The position numbers and the translations under genes are program-made. The notes below the pieces were generated by a model. The model was given only the letters and a program-made list of their open reading frames with translations. It was not told the DNA's origin and ran no database searches. Positions 1 to 9,814 of a DNA stretch of 64,000 nt are shown piece after piece; the stretch's first letter is position 1, and each line of letters begins with the position of its first letter. Source of the stretch: Gemmatimonadales bacterium (lineage in GTDB: Bacteria; Gemmatimonadota; Gemmatimonadetes; Gemmatimonadales; GWC2-71-9); the NCBI GenBank assembly GCA_041615815.1, contig JBFJCP010000023.1, forward strand, positions 16,597 to 80,596, in the 5' to 3' direction.

Positions 1-1604
1 AGGTACGCAGCGAGTTCCGACGCGGTGCGCGCCGCATCCCAATCCATCTCCGCGGCTGCGAACTCTGCAACGGCGGCGGCCTGACCAACGGCCTGGCCGG
101 GGCTCTCGAAGAACAGACGGGTCCGGCGCATGAGAAGGTCGCTCAAGGTGATGGCCATCTCGCGGCGCATGGCGTGGAGCAGTTCTCCCCACAACACCGG
201 GGATCCCGCCACCACGGGTTCGCCGAGTCGAGGATCCGCTCTCGCGGCGCGCACAATCGCCGGCGTTTCGCTGCCGTGCGCTCGGACGAGATGTTCCGCA
301 ATCGCTCCGGGGAGACCACCGCCAATGAGATCTGCAATGAGGACGTTGGGATCTCGAACCTCTCCGCCCGTTAGAGGCCGACGGTCTGTCGGCGACCGGG
401 CGGCCCGGCCACCACCGTGTCGGTCTCGAAGGCGACGAGCCACCCGATCCACCACCGCCGCGGCGATCCGCCGGTGCAGCGTGAGCGTTCCACCGATTAC
501 GGAGATCAACCCGGCTGCATCCTCCACAATCGCATATTCTTGCCCAGGGTGGTTGGCGATCTCGGGCTTCGGTCGCACCCACAGCCCAGCCCACGCCGCC
601 TGCACATCTTCCGGCGTCAGTCGCGCGCTGGGGTACAGTGCGTTCGCCGAGCGCAGGAGATAGACCACATCCTCCGCTGTCGCGCGCACATCGTCTGGGT
701 GTTCTGTGGACTCGGTGTTGGTGGCGCCGATGCACGTGAGATCCCCGCTGGGCACGAGAAACAGCATTCGATCGTCGATGGGGGTCAGCGCCGCCACGGC
801 TCCGTGTTGCCCAAGGCGGTGTCGGGGCACCAAAATGTGCACCCCCCTGTTGTACAGGAGCGCGCGGGTGGCGGTCCCCAGTGTGCCCCGAAGTTCGTCA
901 GACCAGGGACCGGTGGCGTTCACAACGACGGCGGCACGTACCGTGCAAACCCTGTCCGAGGTCCGGTCCAGAACGGTGGCACCAGAGACGCGATTCTCGG
1001 CCATCTCGAACCGCTCACTCTGGGCATAGTTGGCCACCAAGGCCCCGTGCCGGTGTGCGTCTCGGATGGAGGCCAGCGTCAGACGGGCGTCGTTGCACCA
1101 CGCTTCGAAGAAGCTGGCGCCGCCGATGAGGCCGCGCTGACGGAGGCCGGGCTCGGCACGGATCACGGCCGCCTTGCCCATCCTTCGATGGCGGCGCACG
1201 TTTCTAAAGAGGGAGAGGAGATCATAGATCCACAGGGCCGCCTCGAGCTTGAGGACGGACAGCCGCCCGCCCTCGTGCAGGGGAAAGACGAACTTCTGAG
1301 GCACGACGAGGTGGGGAGCGATGTCGCGGAGGATTGCGCGCTCCCGACAAGCGTCAAACACGGACCGCCAACGCCCCTGAATGACATGCTCCAAGTTGCC
1401 GTGGATCAGACCCGACGATCGAGAACCGGTTCCGGCGGCGAAATCTCCTCGGTCAATGAGCGCGGTTCTCATCCCCCGCATCGCGGCATCACGAGCGATA
1501 GCGGCGCCCGCAATCCCGGCGCCAATGACGAGCAGATCGAGCCGATGCGTGGCCATCGTGGCGAGATCCGCGGCGCGGGACAGATGGGAGAAAGGAGCGT
1601 CCAT
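1..1604 (-). CDS. glpD: FAD-dependent glycerol-3-phosphate dehydrogenase (3' end runs off the window edge)
   Basis: Absent from the ORF track because there is no stop in the window. Manual translation from ATG 1604 gives MDAPFSHLSRAADLATMATHRLDLLVIGAGIAGAAIARDAAMRG (FAD GxGxxG). The C-terminal part reads HAMRREMAITLSDLLMRRTRL, typical of GlpD. Confidence 0.9.
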   Translation of the reverse strand, partial: MDAPFSHLSRAADLATMATHRLDLLVIGAGIAGAAIARDAAMRGMRTALIDRGDFAAGTGSRSSGLIHGNLEHVIQGRWRSVFDACRERAILRDIAPHLVVPQKFVFPLHEGGRLSVLKLEAALWIYDLLSLFRNVRRHRRMGKAAVIRAEPGLRQRGLIGGASFFEAWCNDARLTLASIRDAHRHGALVANYAQSERFEMAENRVSGATVLDRTSDRVCTVRAAVVVNATGPWSDELRGTLGTATRALLYNRGVHILVPRHRLGQHGAVAALTPIDDRMLFLVPSGDLTCIGATNTESTEHPDDVRATAEDVVYLLRSANALYPSARLTPEDVQAAWAGLWVRPKPEIANHPGQEYAIVEDAAGLISVIGGTLTLHRRIAAAVVDRVARRLRDRHGGGRAARSPTDRRPLTGGEVRDPNVLIADLIGGGLPGAIAEHLVRAHGSETPAIVRAARADPRLGEPVVAGSPVLWGELLHAMRREMAITLSDLLMRRTRLFFESPGQAVGQAAAVAEFAAAEMDWDAARTASELAAY

Positions 1605-1608
1605 TAGC

Positions 1609-2151
1609 GTGTCAGAAACCAAGGTCTGCAACATTCCCAGTCCCTGGTTCGTGTGGCATGCTGACGTGATTGGGGAGGGGTGTCGCGTGCTCGACATCGC
1701 CTGTGGACAAGGACGACACGCAATCGCCGCGGCGCGGCTCGGGGCTCACGTCGTGGCCTTGGACGCAGACGGAGACAACCTCAGCGCGGCCGAAGAAGCG
1801 GCGAAACTGGCCGGTGTTCGGGTCGAGTGGGTGCGGACGGATCTCGAACGAGACCCACTGCCCCCGGGGGTGTTCGACGTCGTCACCATCTTCAACTATT
1901 TGGACCGGGCCCGCATGCCGACATTCCTCCAGGCGGTGGCTCCCGGCGGATGGGTGTTGCTCGAGACGTTCCTCGAGCAGCAACGTGAGTTTGGGTGGGG
2001 ACCCTCGTCGCCCGATCACCTCTTGAGGCCTGCGGAAATCATCTCGCTGGTTCAGCCCTTTGAAATCATGCTTGCTCGGGACGTCATCGAGACCATCGAC
2101 GGACAGCAGATGGCGCTCGCCTCCGTGCTGGCGCAACGGCCCGTGGAATGA
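1609..2151 (+). CDS. Class I SAM-dependent methyltransferase (TehB-like)
   Basis: VLDIACGQGRHA motif I, then ALDAD, FDVVTIFNYL and PGGWVLLETF. GTG 1609 chosen as start because the longer ORF overlaps glpD. Confidence 0.8.
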   Translation: MSETKVCNIPSPWFVWHADVIGEGCRVLDIACGQGRHAIAAARLGAHVVALDADGDNLSAAEEAAKLAGVRVEWVRTDLERDPLPPGVFDVVTIFNYLDRARMPTFLQAVAPGGWVLLETFLEQQREFGWGPSSPDHLLRPAEIISLVQPFEIMLARDVIETIDGQQMALASVLAQRPVE

Positions 2152-2201
2152 TGGATTGTCGACGCTAGCAACGCTACTCCCCACAAACTAGCTTTGGTAC
2201 C

Positions 2202-3494
2202 ATGAATACCATGCACAATGGACGGCGTGTGGCCGTAGTGGGTGGATGCCGCACTCCGTTCTGCCGGGCGGGCACGGTTCTCAGGGACTACACGGCGGTC
2301 GATCTCGCGAAACATGCCACCGTTGAGCTCGTGCACCGCACGAACCTCGATGGGAATGTGGTGGATGCGATGTTCTTCGGGGAGGTGGTGCCGAGTCCGC
2401 TGGCGCCGAACCTAGCCCGGGAAGTGAGCCTTCTGCCGCAGTTCCCAAAACACGTTCCCGCAGCCTCGGTGAATCGCGCCTGTGCCTCGGCCAACGAAGC
2501 CATCGCCCAAGGCTTTCATCAGATCGAACACGGACACGCCGATGTCGTGATCGCGGGGGGTGCCGAAAGCCTCTCGCAGGTTCCCATCCTGCATTCACGG
2601 CGATTTTCCGATCTTCTCATCGGTCTCAGCAAGGCCAAGACACCGGCCGCGAAACTGGCATTGATATCGACGCTGCGGCCAAAAGATCTGATCCCTGTGA
2701 GTCCCGCCATAGCTGAGCCGTCTACCGGCGAGACCATGGGGCAGTCGGCCGAGAAAATGGCGAAGATCAACCACATTTCTCGGGAAGCGCAGGACGAGTT
2801 CGCACTCCGCAGCCATCAACTCGCCCATGCTGGGACGGAAGACGGAAGATTGGTGGACGAGATCGCGCCTGTTTTTGTTCGCGGCAGCGAGGCGATAATC
2901 AGCGATAACGGTATTCGGGCGGACACGAGCTTGGAGAAAATGGCGGCCCTACGACCGGTGTTCGATAAGAAGTACGGCACCGTGACGGCGGCGAATGCCT
3001 CACCCCTCACCGACGGGGGGGCAGCGGTCCTGCTCATGCACGAGGACGCCGCCCGGAGCCTTGGGTACGAGCCGCTCGCGTACATCCGGTCCTACGCCGT
3101 GGCGGCGTTGGATCCCGGCGATCAACTCCTGATGGGTCCCGCGTACGCGGTGCCCAAGGCGCTCGACCGCGCGGGGATTCCCTGGCGAGAGCTCGGAGTG
3201 GTGGAGATGCACGAGGCGTTCGCCGCGCAGGTGCTCTCCAATATCCAAGCCTTCGAGTCGCGCACGTGGGCAGAAGAGCGGCTGGGACGGACCAGTCCGA
3301 TTGGCGAGGTGAACTGGGACACGCTGAACGTGATGGGCGGCTCCATTGCCATCGGACATCCCTTCGGAGCCACCGGCGCGCGCATCACACTCACACTCGC
3401 GAATGAAATGCGTCGCCGAGATGTTCAATTCGGGTTGATATCGGTCTGTGCGCAGGGCGGGATGGGATTCGCAATGGTTTTGGAGCGTCGCTGA
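2202..3494 (+). CDS. fadI: Acetyl-CoA C-acyltransferase (3-ketoacyl-CoA thiolase)
   Basis: Thiolase motifs VNRACAS, MHEAFAAQ, GHPFGATG and CAQGG; adjacent to fadJ. Confidence 0.92.
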   Translation: MNTMHNGRRVAVVGGCRTPFCRAGTVLRDYTAVDLAKHATVELVHRTNLDGNVVDAMFFGEVVPSPLAPNLAREVSLLPQFPKHVPAASVNRACASANEAIAQGFHQIEHGHADVVIAGGAESLSQVPILHSRRFSDLLIGLSKAKTPAAKLALISTLRPKDLIPVSPAIAEPSTGETMGQSAEKMAKINHISREAQDEFALRSHQLAHAGTEDGRLVDEIAPVFVRGSEAIISDNGIRADTSLEKMAALRPVFDKKYGTVTAANASPLTDGGAAVLLMHEDAARSLGYEPLAYIRSYAVAALDPGDQLLMGPAYAVPKALDRAGIPWRELGVVEMHEAFAAQVLSNIQAFESRTWAEERLGRTSPIGEVNWDTLNVMGGSIAIGHPFGATGARITLTLANEMRRRDVQFGLISVCAQGGMGFAMVLERR

Positions 3495-3496
3495 TC

Positions 3497-5626
3497 GTGT
3501 CCGGTTTCACGTCGACTGTCGAGGCGGGCATTGCCTGGCTCGAGCTGAACCTCGAGCACCAGCCCGTCAACAAGATCACACGGGCGGTACGCGAAGAGCT
3601 GGACCCTCTTCTGCAACAGCTGCGGGCGGATGACACCGTGCGGGCGGTTGTACTCATCTCCACCAAGCCCGGGAGCTTCATCGCCGGCGCCGACATCGAC
3701 GAGTTCGTTGCCCTCAGCTCGCGCGACGAAGCCCTCACGTTGGTCACGGGCGGCCAAGTACTCCTCACCAAGCTCGCCACCTTGGGGAAGCCGACGTTGG
3801 CGGCCATCGATGGGGCCTGCCTGGGTGGGGGGTTAGAGGCGGCCTTGGCCTGCACCTATCGGATCGCAACCGACAACCCGAGGACGAAAATCGGGCTTCC
3901 GGAAGTACAGCTCGGGATTCTCCCTGCCGCTGGCGGGTGCCAGCGCCTCCCTCGCCTCATCGGCGTCCGGCGCGCCCTGGACCTGATTCTCACCGGCAAG
4001 CAAGTACCAGGAAGTCGCGCCTATCGGTTGGGGATCGTCGACGAGCTGGTGCACCCGGCCATACTCAGGGAAGCGGCAGGCAAGGCCGCGGCTCGTCTCT
4101 CCGAGGGGTGGCGACCGCGCCGGAAATCCGGCGGTCTCGCCGGCTTCGCCCTCGAAAAAACCCCCGTGGGTCGAAAAGTCGTGTTCTCGACGGCGCGCAA
4201 ACAGGTGCTCAAACGAACCGGCGGACACTATCCAGCGCCCCTGGCAGCGCTGCGGGCGGTGGAGCACGGATTGGCGCACGGCATCGAGGCCGGCCTGAAC
4301 ATGGAAGCAGCGGAGTTCGCCGAGTTGGCGGTCGGGGACGTTTCGCGCAAGCTGGTGCAGATCTTCTTTGCCACAACGGCCCTCAAGAAGGATTCCGGAG
4401 TTGAGGGCGAGGCACCTCCACCGAAGGACGTCGACGCGCTGGCGGTGGTTGGCGCCGGCTTCATGGGTGCGGGCATCGGAGGTGTTGCGGTAGCGCAGGC
4501 CGGTGTCGACGTTCGCTTTCGCGATACTGACCTCGCAGCCGTCGGGCGCGGTCTCGAGAACGCCCGGCAACCGCTCAAGAGCCGTCTCAAGCGTCGTCGC
4601 ATTACCAAACACGAGTTCCTTCGGTTGGAGCGCCTTGTCTCGGGTGGTACCGGATGGGATGGGTTTGCGCGCGCCGATCTCGTGATCGAAGCAGTATTCG
4701 AGGACCTGGAGATCAAGCGAAACGTGTTTCGCGACCTCGAGGCCAATACGCGGCCAGACTGCGTCCTGGCGTCCAACACCAGTACCATCCCCATCGCCCG
4801 CATCGGAGAGACACTTGAGCGGCCTGAGCGTCTGCTTGGAATGCACTTCTTTTCCCCGGTAGAAAAGATGCCGCTCTTGGAAGTGATCGTGACCTCACAG
4901 ACCGCGCCGTGGGTAACTGTCACCGCCGTCGCATTCGGGCGCACCATGGGGAAGACGGTGATCGTCGTACGCGACTGTCCGGGTTTTTGGGTGAATCGCA
5001 TTCTGGCTCCCTATATGAACGAAGCCGGTCGACTGCTCGAAGAGGGGGTCGGCATCGAGGCCGTAGACGGGGCAATGACGAAATTCGGATTCCCGGTAGG
5101 GCCCATCACCCTGCTGGACGAGGTTGGGCTGGACGTGGCACAGAAGGCGGCCGGCGTACTGCATGAGGCGTTCGGTCCTCGGCTGCAACCGAGAGACGGT
5201 ATTGCCCGCATGACCGCGGAAGGACGCCTGGGAAGAAAGAACGGACGCGGGTTCTACCGTTACGAGGACCAAAAGAAACGTGGCGTGGATGAGACGGTGT
5301 ACGAGATCATCGGGGCGTCGCCCGATTCCACCGTTCCTCGCGAGGATATTGGGCGCCGCTTGGTGTATGCCATGTTGAACGAGGCCGCTCGCGGCCTCGA
5401 CGAGGGTGTCGTTCGCTCAGCACGCGATGGAGATATTGGGGCCATTTTCGGCATCGGGTATCCACCGTTCCGTGGCGGCCCACTCCGCTTTTTGGACGAT
5501 CTGGGGGCGGCCAAGGTAGTCGAGACACTTGCAGACCTGGCGGAACGGTACGGTGAACGTTTCGCACCGGCCCCTATCCTCCAGCGCCACGCTGCGGCCG
5601 GCACGCGTTTCTACCCCACCCCGTAG
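3497..5626 (+). CDS. fadJ: Fatty acid oxidation complex alpha subunit (enoyl-CoA hydratase/3-hydroxyacyl-CoA dehydrogenase)
   Basis: Crotonase motifs FIAGADI, CLGGGLE and [11 protein letters not shown] motifs [18 protein letters not shown] and GMHFFSP. Confidence 0.93.
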   Translation: MSGFTSTVEAGIAWLELNLEHQPVNKITRAVREELDPLLQQLRADDTVRAVVLISTKPGSFIAGADIDEFVALSSRDEALTLVTGGQVLLTKLATLGKPTLAAIDGACLGGGLEAALACTYRIATDNPRTKIGLPEVQLGILPAAGGCQRLPRLIGVRRALDLILTGKQVPGSRAYRLGIVDELVHPAILREAAGKAAARLSEGWRPRRKSGGLAGFALEKTPVGRKVVFSTARKQVLKRTGGHYPAPLAALRAVEHGLAHGIEAGLNMEAAEFAELAVGDVSRKLVQIFFATTALKKDSGVEGEAPPPKDVDALAVVGAGFMGAGIGGVAVAQAGVDVRFRDTDLAAVGRGLENARQPLKSRLKRRRITKHEFLRLERLVSGGTGWDGFARADLVIEAVFEDLEIKRNVFRDLEANTRPDCVLASNTSTIPIARIGETLERPERLLGMHFFSPVEKMPLLEVIVTSQTAPWVTVTAVAFGRTMGKTVIVVRDCPGFWVNRILAPYMNEAGRLLEEGVGIEAVDGAMTKFGFPVGPITLLDEVGLDVAQKAAGVLHEAFGPRLQPRDGIARMTAEGRLGRKNGRGFYRYEDQKKRGVDETVYEIIGASPDSTVPREDIGRRLVYAMLNEAARGLDEGVVRSARDGDIGAIFGIGYPPFRGGPLRFLDDLGAAKVVETLADLAERYGERFAPAPILQRHAAAGTRFYPTP

Positions 5627-5643
5627 CTCGATGCCAGCTTGAG

Positions 5644-6576
5644 ATGCTGCGCCGCACGTTTCTTTGGCTGAGCGAGCGACGCAGCATTTTCGATTTCGTC
5701 AAACGAAACGGCGTTGCCCGCCGTATTGCCTCGCGATTCGTTGCCGGAGAGACCGTCGGCCAAGCTATGGCGGCGAGCCGCGCGCTCAACGACGCGGGAA
5801 TCAAGGTCACGCTGGACCTGCTCGGTGAGAGTGTTGCCAACGCCGAGGCTACTCGAGTGGCGCGGAACGAGGTGCTTGAAACGATCGGGGCGATCGGTAC
5901 GCAGTCCATCGACGGTGGTGTGTCGATCAAACTCACCCAACTGGGCCTCGACATCGACGAATCGCTGTGCCGCGAGAATCTTTCGGATATTCTGGAAACG
6001 GCAAACCGTCACGGCGTCTTCGTTCGCATCGACATGGAGAGCTCCGAGTACACGGAGCGCACTCTCCGGATGTTCTATGACCACGTTCAGCCCAGGTATT
6101 CGGAGCACTCCGGGGTGGTCATTCAAGCGTACTTGCGTCGATCCGATCACGATATCGAGGAACTCATCGCTCGGAACGCCAGTGTCCGATTGTGCAAGGG
6201 CGCCTATGCCGAACCAGCGTCGGTCGCTTTTCACGACAGGCGCGAAGTCAGCATGTCGTTCGTGCGGCTCATGGAAAAGCTGCTGGTGGAGGGCCACCGG
6301 CCCGCCATCGCCACCCACGATGACGCACTGGTCGAACAGGCCAAGGCGTTCGTAACGCGACACCAGATTCCCAAGGAACAATTCGAGTTTCAGTTGCTCT
6401 ATGGGGTCCGCCGTGATCTTCAAGACCGACTCCACCGCGAGGGCTTTCGCGTGCGGGTCTATATCCCGTTCGGATCGGCGTGGTATCCCTACCTGATGCG
6501 CCGCCTGGCTGAGCGTCCTGCCAACATCGCGTTTATGGGGGCCAGCATGATCAAGGAGGCGTTCGCGCGACGATGA
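5644..6576 (+). CDS. Monofunctional proline dehydrogenase
   Basis: RFVAGET, DLLGE, SIKLTQLG, RIDME, RLCKGAY, IATHD and YLMRRLAERPAN. Confidence 0.93.
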   Translation: MLRRTFLWLSERRSIFDFVKRNGVARRIASRFVAGETVGQAMAASRALNDAGIKVTLDLLGESVANAEATRVARNEVLETIGAIGTQSIDGGVSIKLTQLGLDIDESLCRENLSDILETANRHGVFVRIDMESSEYTERTLRMFYDHVQPRYSEHSGVVIQAYLRRSDHDIEELIARNASVRLCKGAYAEPASVAFHDRREVSMSFVRLMEKLLVEGHRPAIATHDDALVEQAKAFVTRHQIPKEQFEFQLLYGVRRDLQDRLHREGFRVRVYIPFGSAWYPYLMRRLAERPANIAFMGASMIKEAFARR

Positions 6577-6896
6577 TAGACGATGCCACGTTTGGAGGTT
6601 ACCTCGAGGTTCATGATCGCGCACCGGCCTTCGAGGGTCCCGATGGGTTACCCTACTCGGCTGCACTCTACGTGGACGACGAGCCGGACGAGCGAGGCCG
6701 ATATGGCGCGGCTATTCTCTTCGTGCGGTGGTCTGAGGCGGGTGACCGCCCAGTGGGCCATGTCGAGAGTCCCTACCTCGCGTACGCAAAGACCCCAGAA
6801 GAGGCGAGTGACGCCGTCCGTCGCCTCACGCTCCACGAAGTCAAGGAGCAGCTGGATCGAGCCATCGCGGTGAGACCGGAGAACGGAAGCTGGTAG
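6573..6896 (+). CDS. Hypothetical protein
   Basis: ATGA overlap with the upstream gene; protein-like composition; fills an operon gap. Confidence 0.7.
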   Translation: MIDDATFGGYLEVHDRAPAFEGPDGLPYSAALYVDDEPDERGRYGAAILFVRWSEAGDRPVGHVESPYLAYAKTPEEASDAVRRLTLHEVKEQLDRAIAVRPENGSW

Positions 6897-6913
6897 GGGA
6901 ACGAGAGGGCTTC

Positions 6914-7804
6914 GTGCTTTCGAAGGTCGGCGGCCGGTACCTTGTCTACGACGACGGTGAGGTGCTGGAAGCATCGCTACGAGGAAGGCTGAAGCAGGAG
7001 TCCAAGCTTCGCGTACTGGTTGGTGACCGGGTGTCACTGCACGCTCACCCCGACGACTCGATGACGATCGAGGCCGTTCAAAGTCGTCGGTCGTTGTTGA
7101 AACGCCGAAGCCCCGGTAAGAGCCGTGGCGTGCGCAATATCGCGGCCAACGTGGATCGGGTCGTGGTCGTGGGTGCCGCCGCGCGGCCAGCCTGGGATCC
7201 ACACTTGATGGATCGGTTTCTCGTCGTCGGCGAAGTCAACCACTTACCGTGCGTCGTAGTCGTCAACAAGTGCGATCTCGTTGATGATTGCCAAGGACTC
7301 CTTGAGCCATACCGTCTCGCCGGGTATCCGGTGATTGAAACAAGCGTGCCCCTGCGGAAGGGACTCGACGCGCTCAGAGCTCAACTTCGCGGAAAGATCT
7401 CGCTTCTCACTGGTCCCACCGGGGTGGGTAAATCGAGTCTTCTCAACGCGCTGCAGCCAGGTCTCTTGCTCCGCACGGCTCCCGTGAGTGGCAAGTCTCA
7501 TAGCGGCCGACACACCACTGTGGCGGCCGAAATGCACCCGTTTGGCCACGACGGGTTCGTCGTGGATACGCCGGGATTACGCGATATCGGACTGTGGGGT
7601 CTGGAGCCGGTCGAGGTGGCTAACGCGTTCCCAGAGTTCGCCCAGTTCGCCGGCCAATGCCGGTTCGACAATTGTCGACACGGTGAGGAACCCGGATGCG
7701 CCGTGGGAAAGGCTGCGGAAGAGGGCGAGATTGCGATGACCCGTCTCGAGTCGTATCGCCGGCTACTGGAAGAGGCGCAACGGGCGGCGCGACCATGGAC
7801 GTGA
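6914..7804 (+). CDS. rsgA: Ribosome small subunit-dependent GTPase A
   Basis: Circularly permuted GTPase motifs NKCD, GPTGVGKSS, GRHTT and DTPG; Zn finger CRFDNCRHGEEPGC. Confidence 0.95.
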   Translation: MLSKVGGRYLVYDDGEVLEASLRGRLKQESKLRVLVGDRVSLHAHPDDSMTIEAVQSRRSLLKRRSPGKSRGVRNIAANVDRVVVVGAAARPAWDPHLMDRFLVVGEVNHLPCVVVVNKCDLVDDCQGLLEPYRLAGYPVIETSVPLRKGLDALRAQLRGKISLLTGPTGVGKSSLLNALQPGLLLRTAPVSGKSHSGRHTTVAAEMHPFGHDGFVVDTPGLRDIGLWGLEPVEVANAFPEFAQFAGQCRFDNCRHGEEPGCAVGKAAEEGEIAMTRLESYRRLLEEAQRAARPWT

Positions 7805-9072
7805 AGAAAGGTCCTCCGGCGAACCCAGCCAAAGCGTTGGTCGTGCCGTTCCACGGGGAGAGATACGATGACTCCACCCGGCTGAGCGCCCGTCTGGCAC
7901 CGCCCTACGACGTCATCGATCCGGATGCGTGGGCTCAACTCGCCGAGCTCGATGAGCACAATGTCGTTCGTTTGATCCTTCCCGAGTCAAATGGAGATCG
8001 GTATCGGCGAGCAGCCCAACTCCTCAAGACATGGCGTGCCCGCGGTATCCTCATCGCGGACAGCAAGTCCAGTGTGACGGTCGTGCAGCAGGAATTCCGC
8101 GACGTCCAGGGGGTCACGCGCCGTCGGACCGGCGTGATAGGCGCGGTCGCCGTTGAGCCGTTCACGGCACGGCGCGTGCGACCTCACGAGCGAACCCACG
8201 CCGAGCCAAAAGCGGACCGCCTCGCTCTGCTCCGTGCAACTGAGACGGTGTTCGATGCGTTGTTCATGCTCGCGCCCGATCCGGAGGAAGTCCTGCACCG
8301 CCAGCTTGCGAGTGCGACCGCCACACCACCGACGGCTGTTGCCTCGTTGGGTGATGGCTCAATGTCGGTGTGGCACGTCGGTGATGCGGCCTCGGACTCT
8401 CTCGCAAGCGCCGCCAGTAGGCACCCGCTCTACATTGCCGACGGCCATCACCGGTACGAGACCGCCATCGCTTACGCCGAGGAGAACCGTCGCGCCGACC
8501 GGACCCTGGCGCTCATCGTCCCACTCCGAGACCCGGGATTGATCGTGCAAGCGACCCATCGATTGGTGCTGGGGAGCGATGTGGATGCCGAACGGGCCCT
8601 TGGAATGTTGCGAAAGCGCTTCCGCATCCGCGAGCTCGGGCCGGATGACGACCACCTCGAAGCGCTGGTCGCCACCCAGGACCGCGGAACGGCGTGTGTC
8701 CTCATCCTTCCCCAGCGCCGATTCGTGCTACTCCTCAGGGGCTCTGTCGGCATTGGGGATTTACCGTCGGTGGATCATACCGAAGTAGCAAAGCTCGACG
8801 TCGCTCGTGTCGACGGATTGGCGGTCAACCCGGTGTTAGAGCTCGCGGGTCCCAACTCAACGCTCACATACACGGCGGATCCTGCCGCCGCAATCCGCGC
8901 GGTTCGAGAACAACGTATCAGCGCGGCTATCCTCATGAATCCACCAAGCATCCAACAAGTGCTCGATGTCGCGGATACGGGAGGCGTGATGCCTCAGAAA
9001 TCGACCTATTTCGCGCCCAAGGTGCCGAGCGGTGTGGTGTTCCTTCCCTACGTGACCGAATCGCCCCGCTAG
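7795..9072 (+). CDS. DUF1015 family protein
   Basis: APPYDVI, PHERT, YIADGHHRYETA and MPQKSTYFAPK. Start set at ATG 7795, which overlaps the rsgA end. Confidence 0.85.
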   Translation: MDVKKGPPANPAKALVVPFHGERYDDSTRLSARLAPPYDVIDPDAWAQLAELDEHNVVRLILPESNGDRYRRAAQLLKTWRARGILIADSKSSVTVVQQEFRDVQGVTRRRTGVIGAVAVEPFTARRVRPHERTHAEPKADRLALLRATETVFDALFMLAPDPEEVLHRQLASATATPPTAVASLGDGSMSVWHVGDAASDSLASAASRHPLYIADGHHRYETAIAYAEENRRADRTLALIVPLRDPGLIVQATHRLVLGSDVDAERALGMLRKRFRIRELGPDDDHLEALVATQDRGTACVLILPQRRFVLLLRGSVGIGDLPSVDHTEVAKLDVARVDGLAVNPVLELAGPNSTLTYTADPAAAIRAVREQRISAAILMNPPSIQQVLDVADTGGVMPQKSTYFAPKVPSGVVFLPYVTESPR

Positions 9073-9377
9073 CCCGACTCGCGGACGGCGCGGCGTAATC
9101 GAGCCCACACGTGGATGGCGTATCGTAGGAAGTTGGCCCGTTCCACGGGTCGGCCGCGGAGGTATTCCCAGGCGGTGCGTCCGCCCTTATCGGTGTTGCA
9201 CCGGAGGCATGCACTCACGAGATTCCCAGGCGAATGGTCGCCACGCTTCACCCGGGGCTGGACGTGGTCGACGGTGAGCGCGTCCCCAGGGTACGTTATT
9301 CCGCAATACACGCACCGGAAACCGTCGCGCTCGAAGATCGTGTTCCGCCGCCGTCGAGCGCCTCGTGAGGATGCCAT
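9069..9377 (-). CDS. HNH endonuclease (McrA-type, CxxC..DH..N..CxxCN)
   Basis: IFERDGFRCVYCG...TVDHVQPR...GNLVSACLRCNTDKG. Confidence 0.88.
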   Translation of the reverse strand: MASSRGARRRRNTIFERDGFRCVYCGITYPGDALTVDHVQPRVKRGDHSPGNLVSACLRCNTDKGGRTAWEYLRGRPVERANFLRYAIHVWARLRRAVRESG

Positions 9378-9407
9378 GGTGGTTCACCCATTTATGACGA
9401 GTTCCTG

Positions 9408-9653
9408 ATGCCCCCTCGGCCCCGAGAGCGGATTCTCGGCAACCTCGAGAGCATCTATCGCGAGGCGTACGAGCGCGCCAAGGTGGCGGGAGATCGAGAG
9501 CGAATGTTCGATCTGGATGCCTCCTTCCAACGCGAGCAGCTCATCCTCGAAGTACTGCTCGACGTACGCGACGCCTTACTCGGCGACCGGGCCGACGATC
9601 GGTCCGCGTTGGACAAGTTGGAGGTGCTGCGGCGACTCACTCGCCTCAAGTAA
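9408..9653 (+). CDS. Hypothetical helical protein
   Basis: 81 aa ORF with amphipathic helical composition, divergent from the HNH gene. Confidence 0.7.
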   Translation: MPPRPRERILGNLESIYREAYERAKVAGDRERMFDLDASFQREQLILEVLLDVRDALLGDRADDRSALDKLEVLRRLTRLK

Positions 9654-9814
9654 CTCCCATTGAACCCCGAACGGCCCGAAGACTCCGACCGTATAGGAAA
9701 ATATACGCCTTTCCAAGACGGCTCCCGGCCATGACCCGAGTCGCCTGTGGCGTCGTGCCGGAGTGGCGCGCCACTTGCTGGCCTAGGCCCCGAACCAAGC
9801 TATCTTACGGAACC

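Noticed and set aside
417..1607. 396-aa plus-strand ORF
   Set aside because: Antisense shadow of glpD with no recognisable motifs.
9069..9377. HNH gene as a mobile element or defence system
   Set aside because: It stands alone, with no intron, methylase, immunity gene or flanking repeats visible.
9667..9680. CCGAA-N4-CCGAA, resembling the SOS-like operator
   Set aside because: The period is 9 rather than 11 and the AAA flank is missing.
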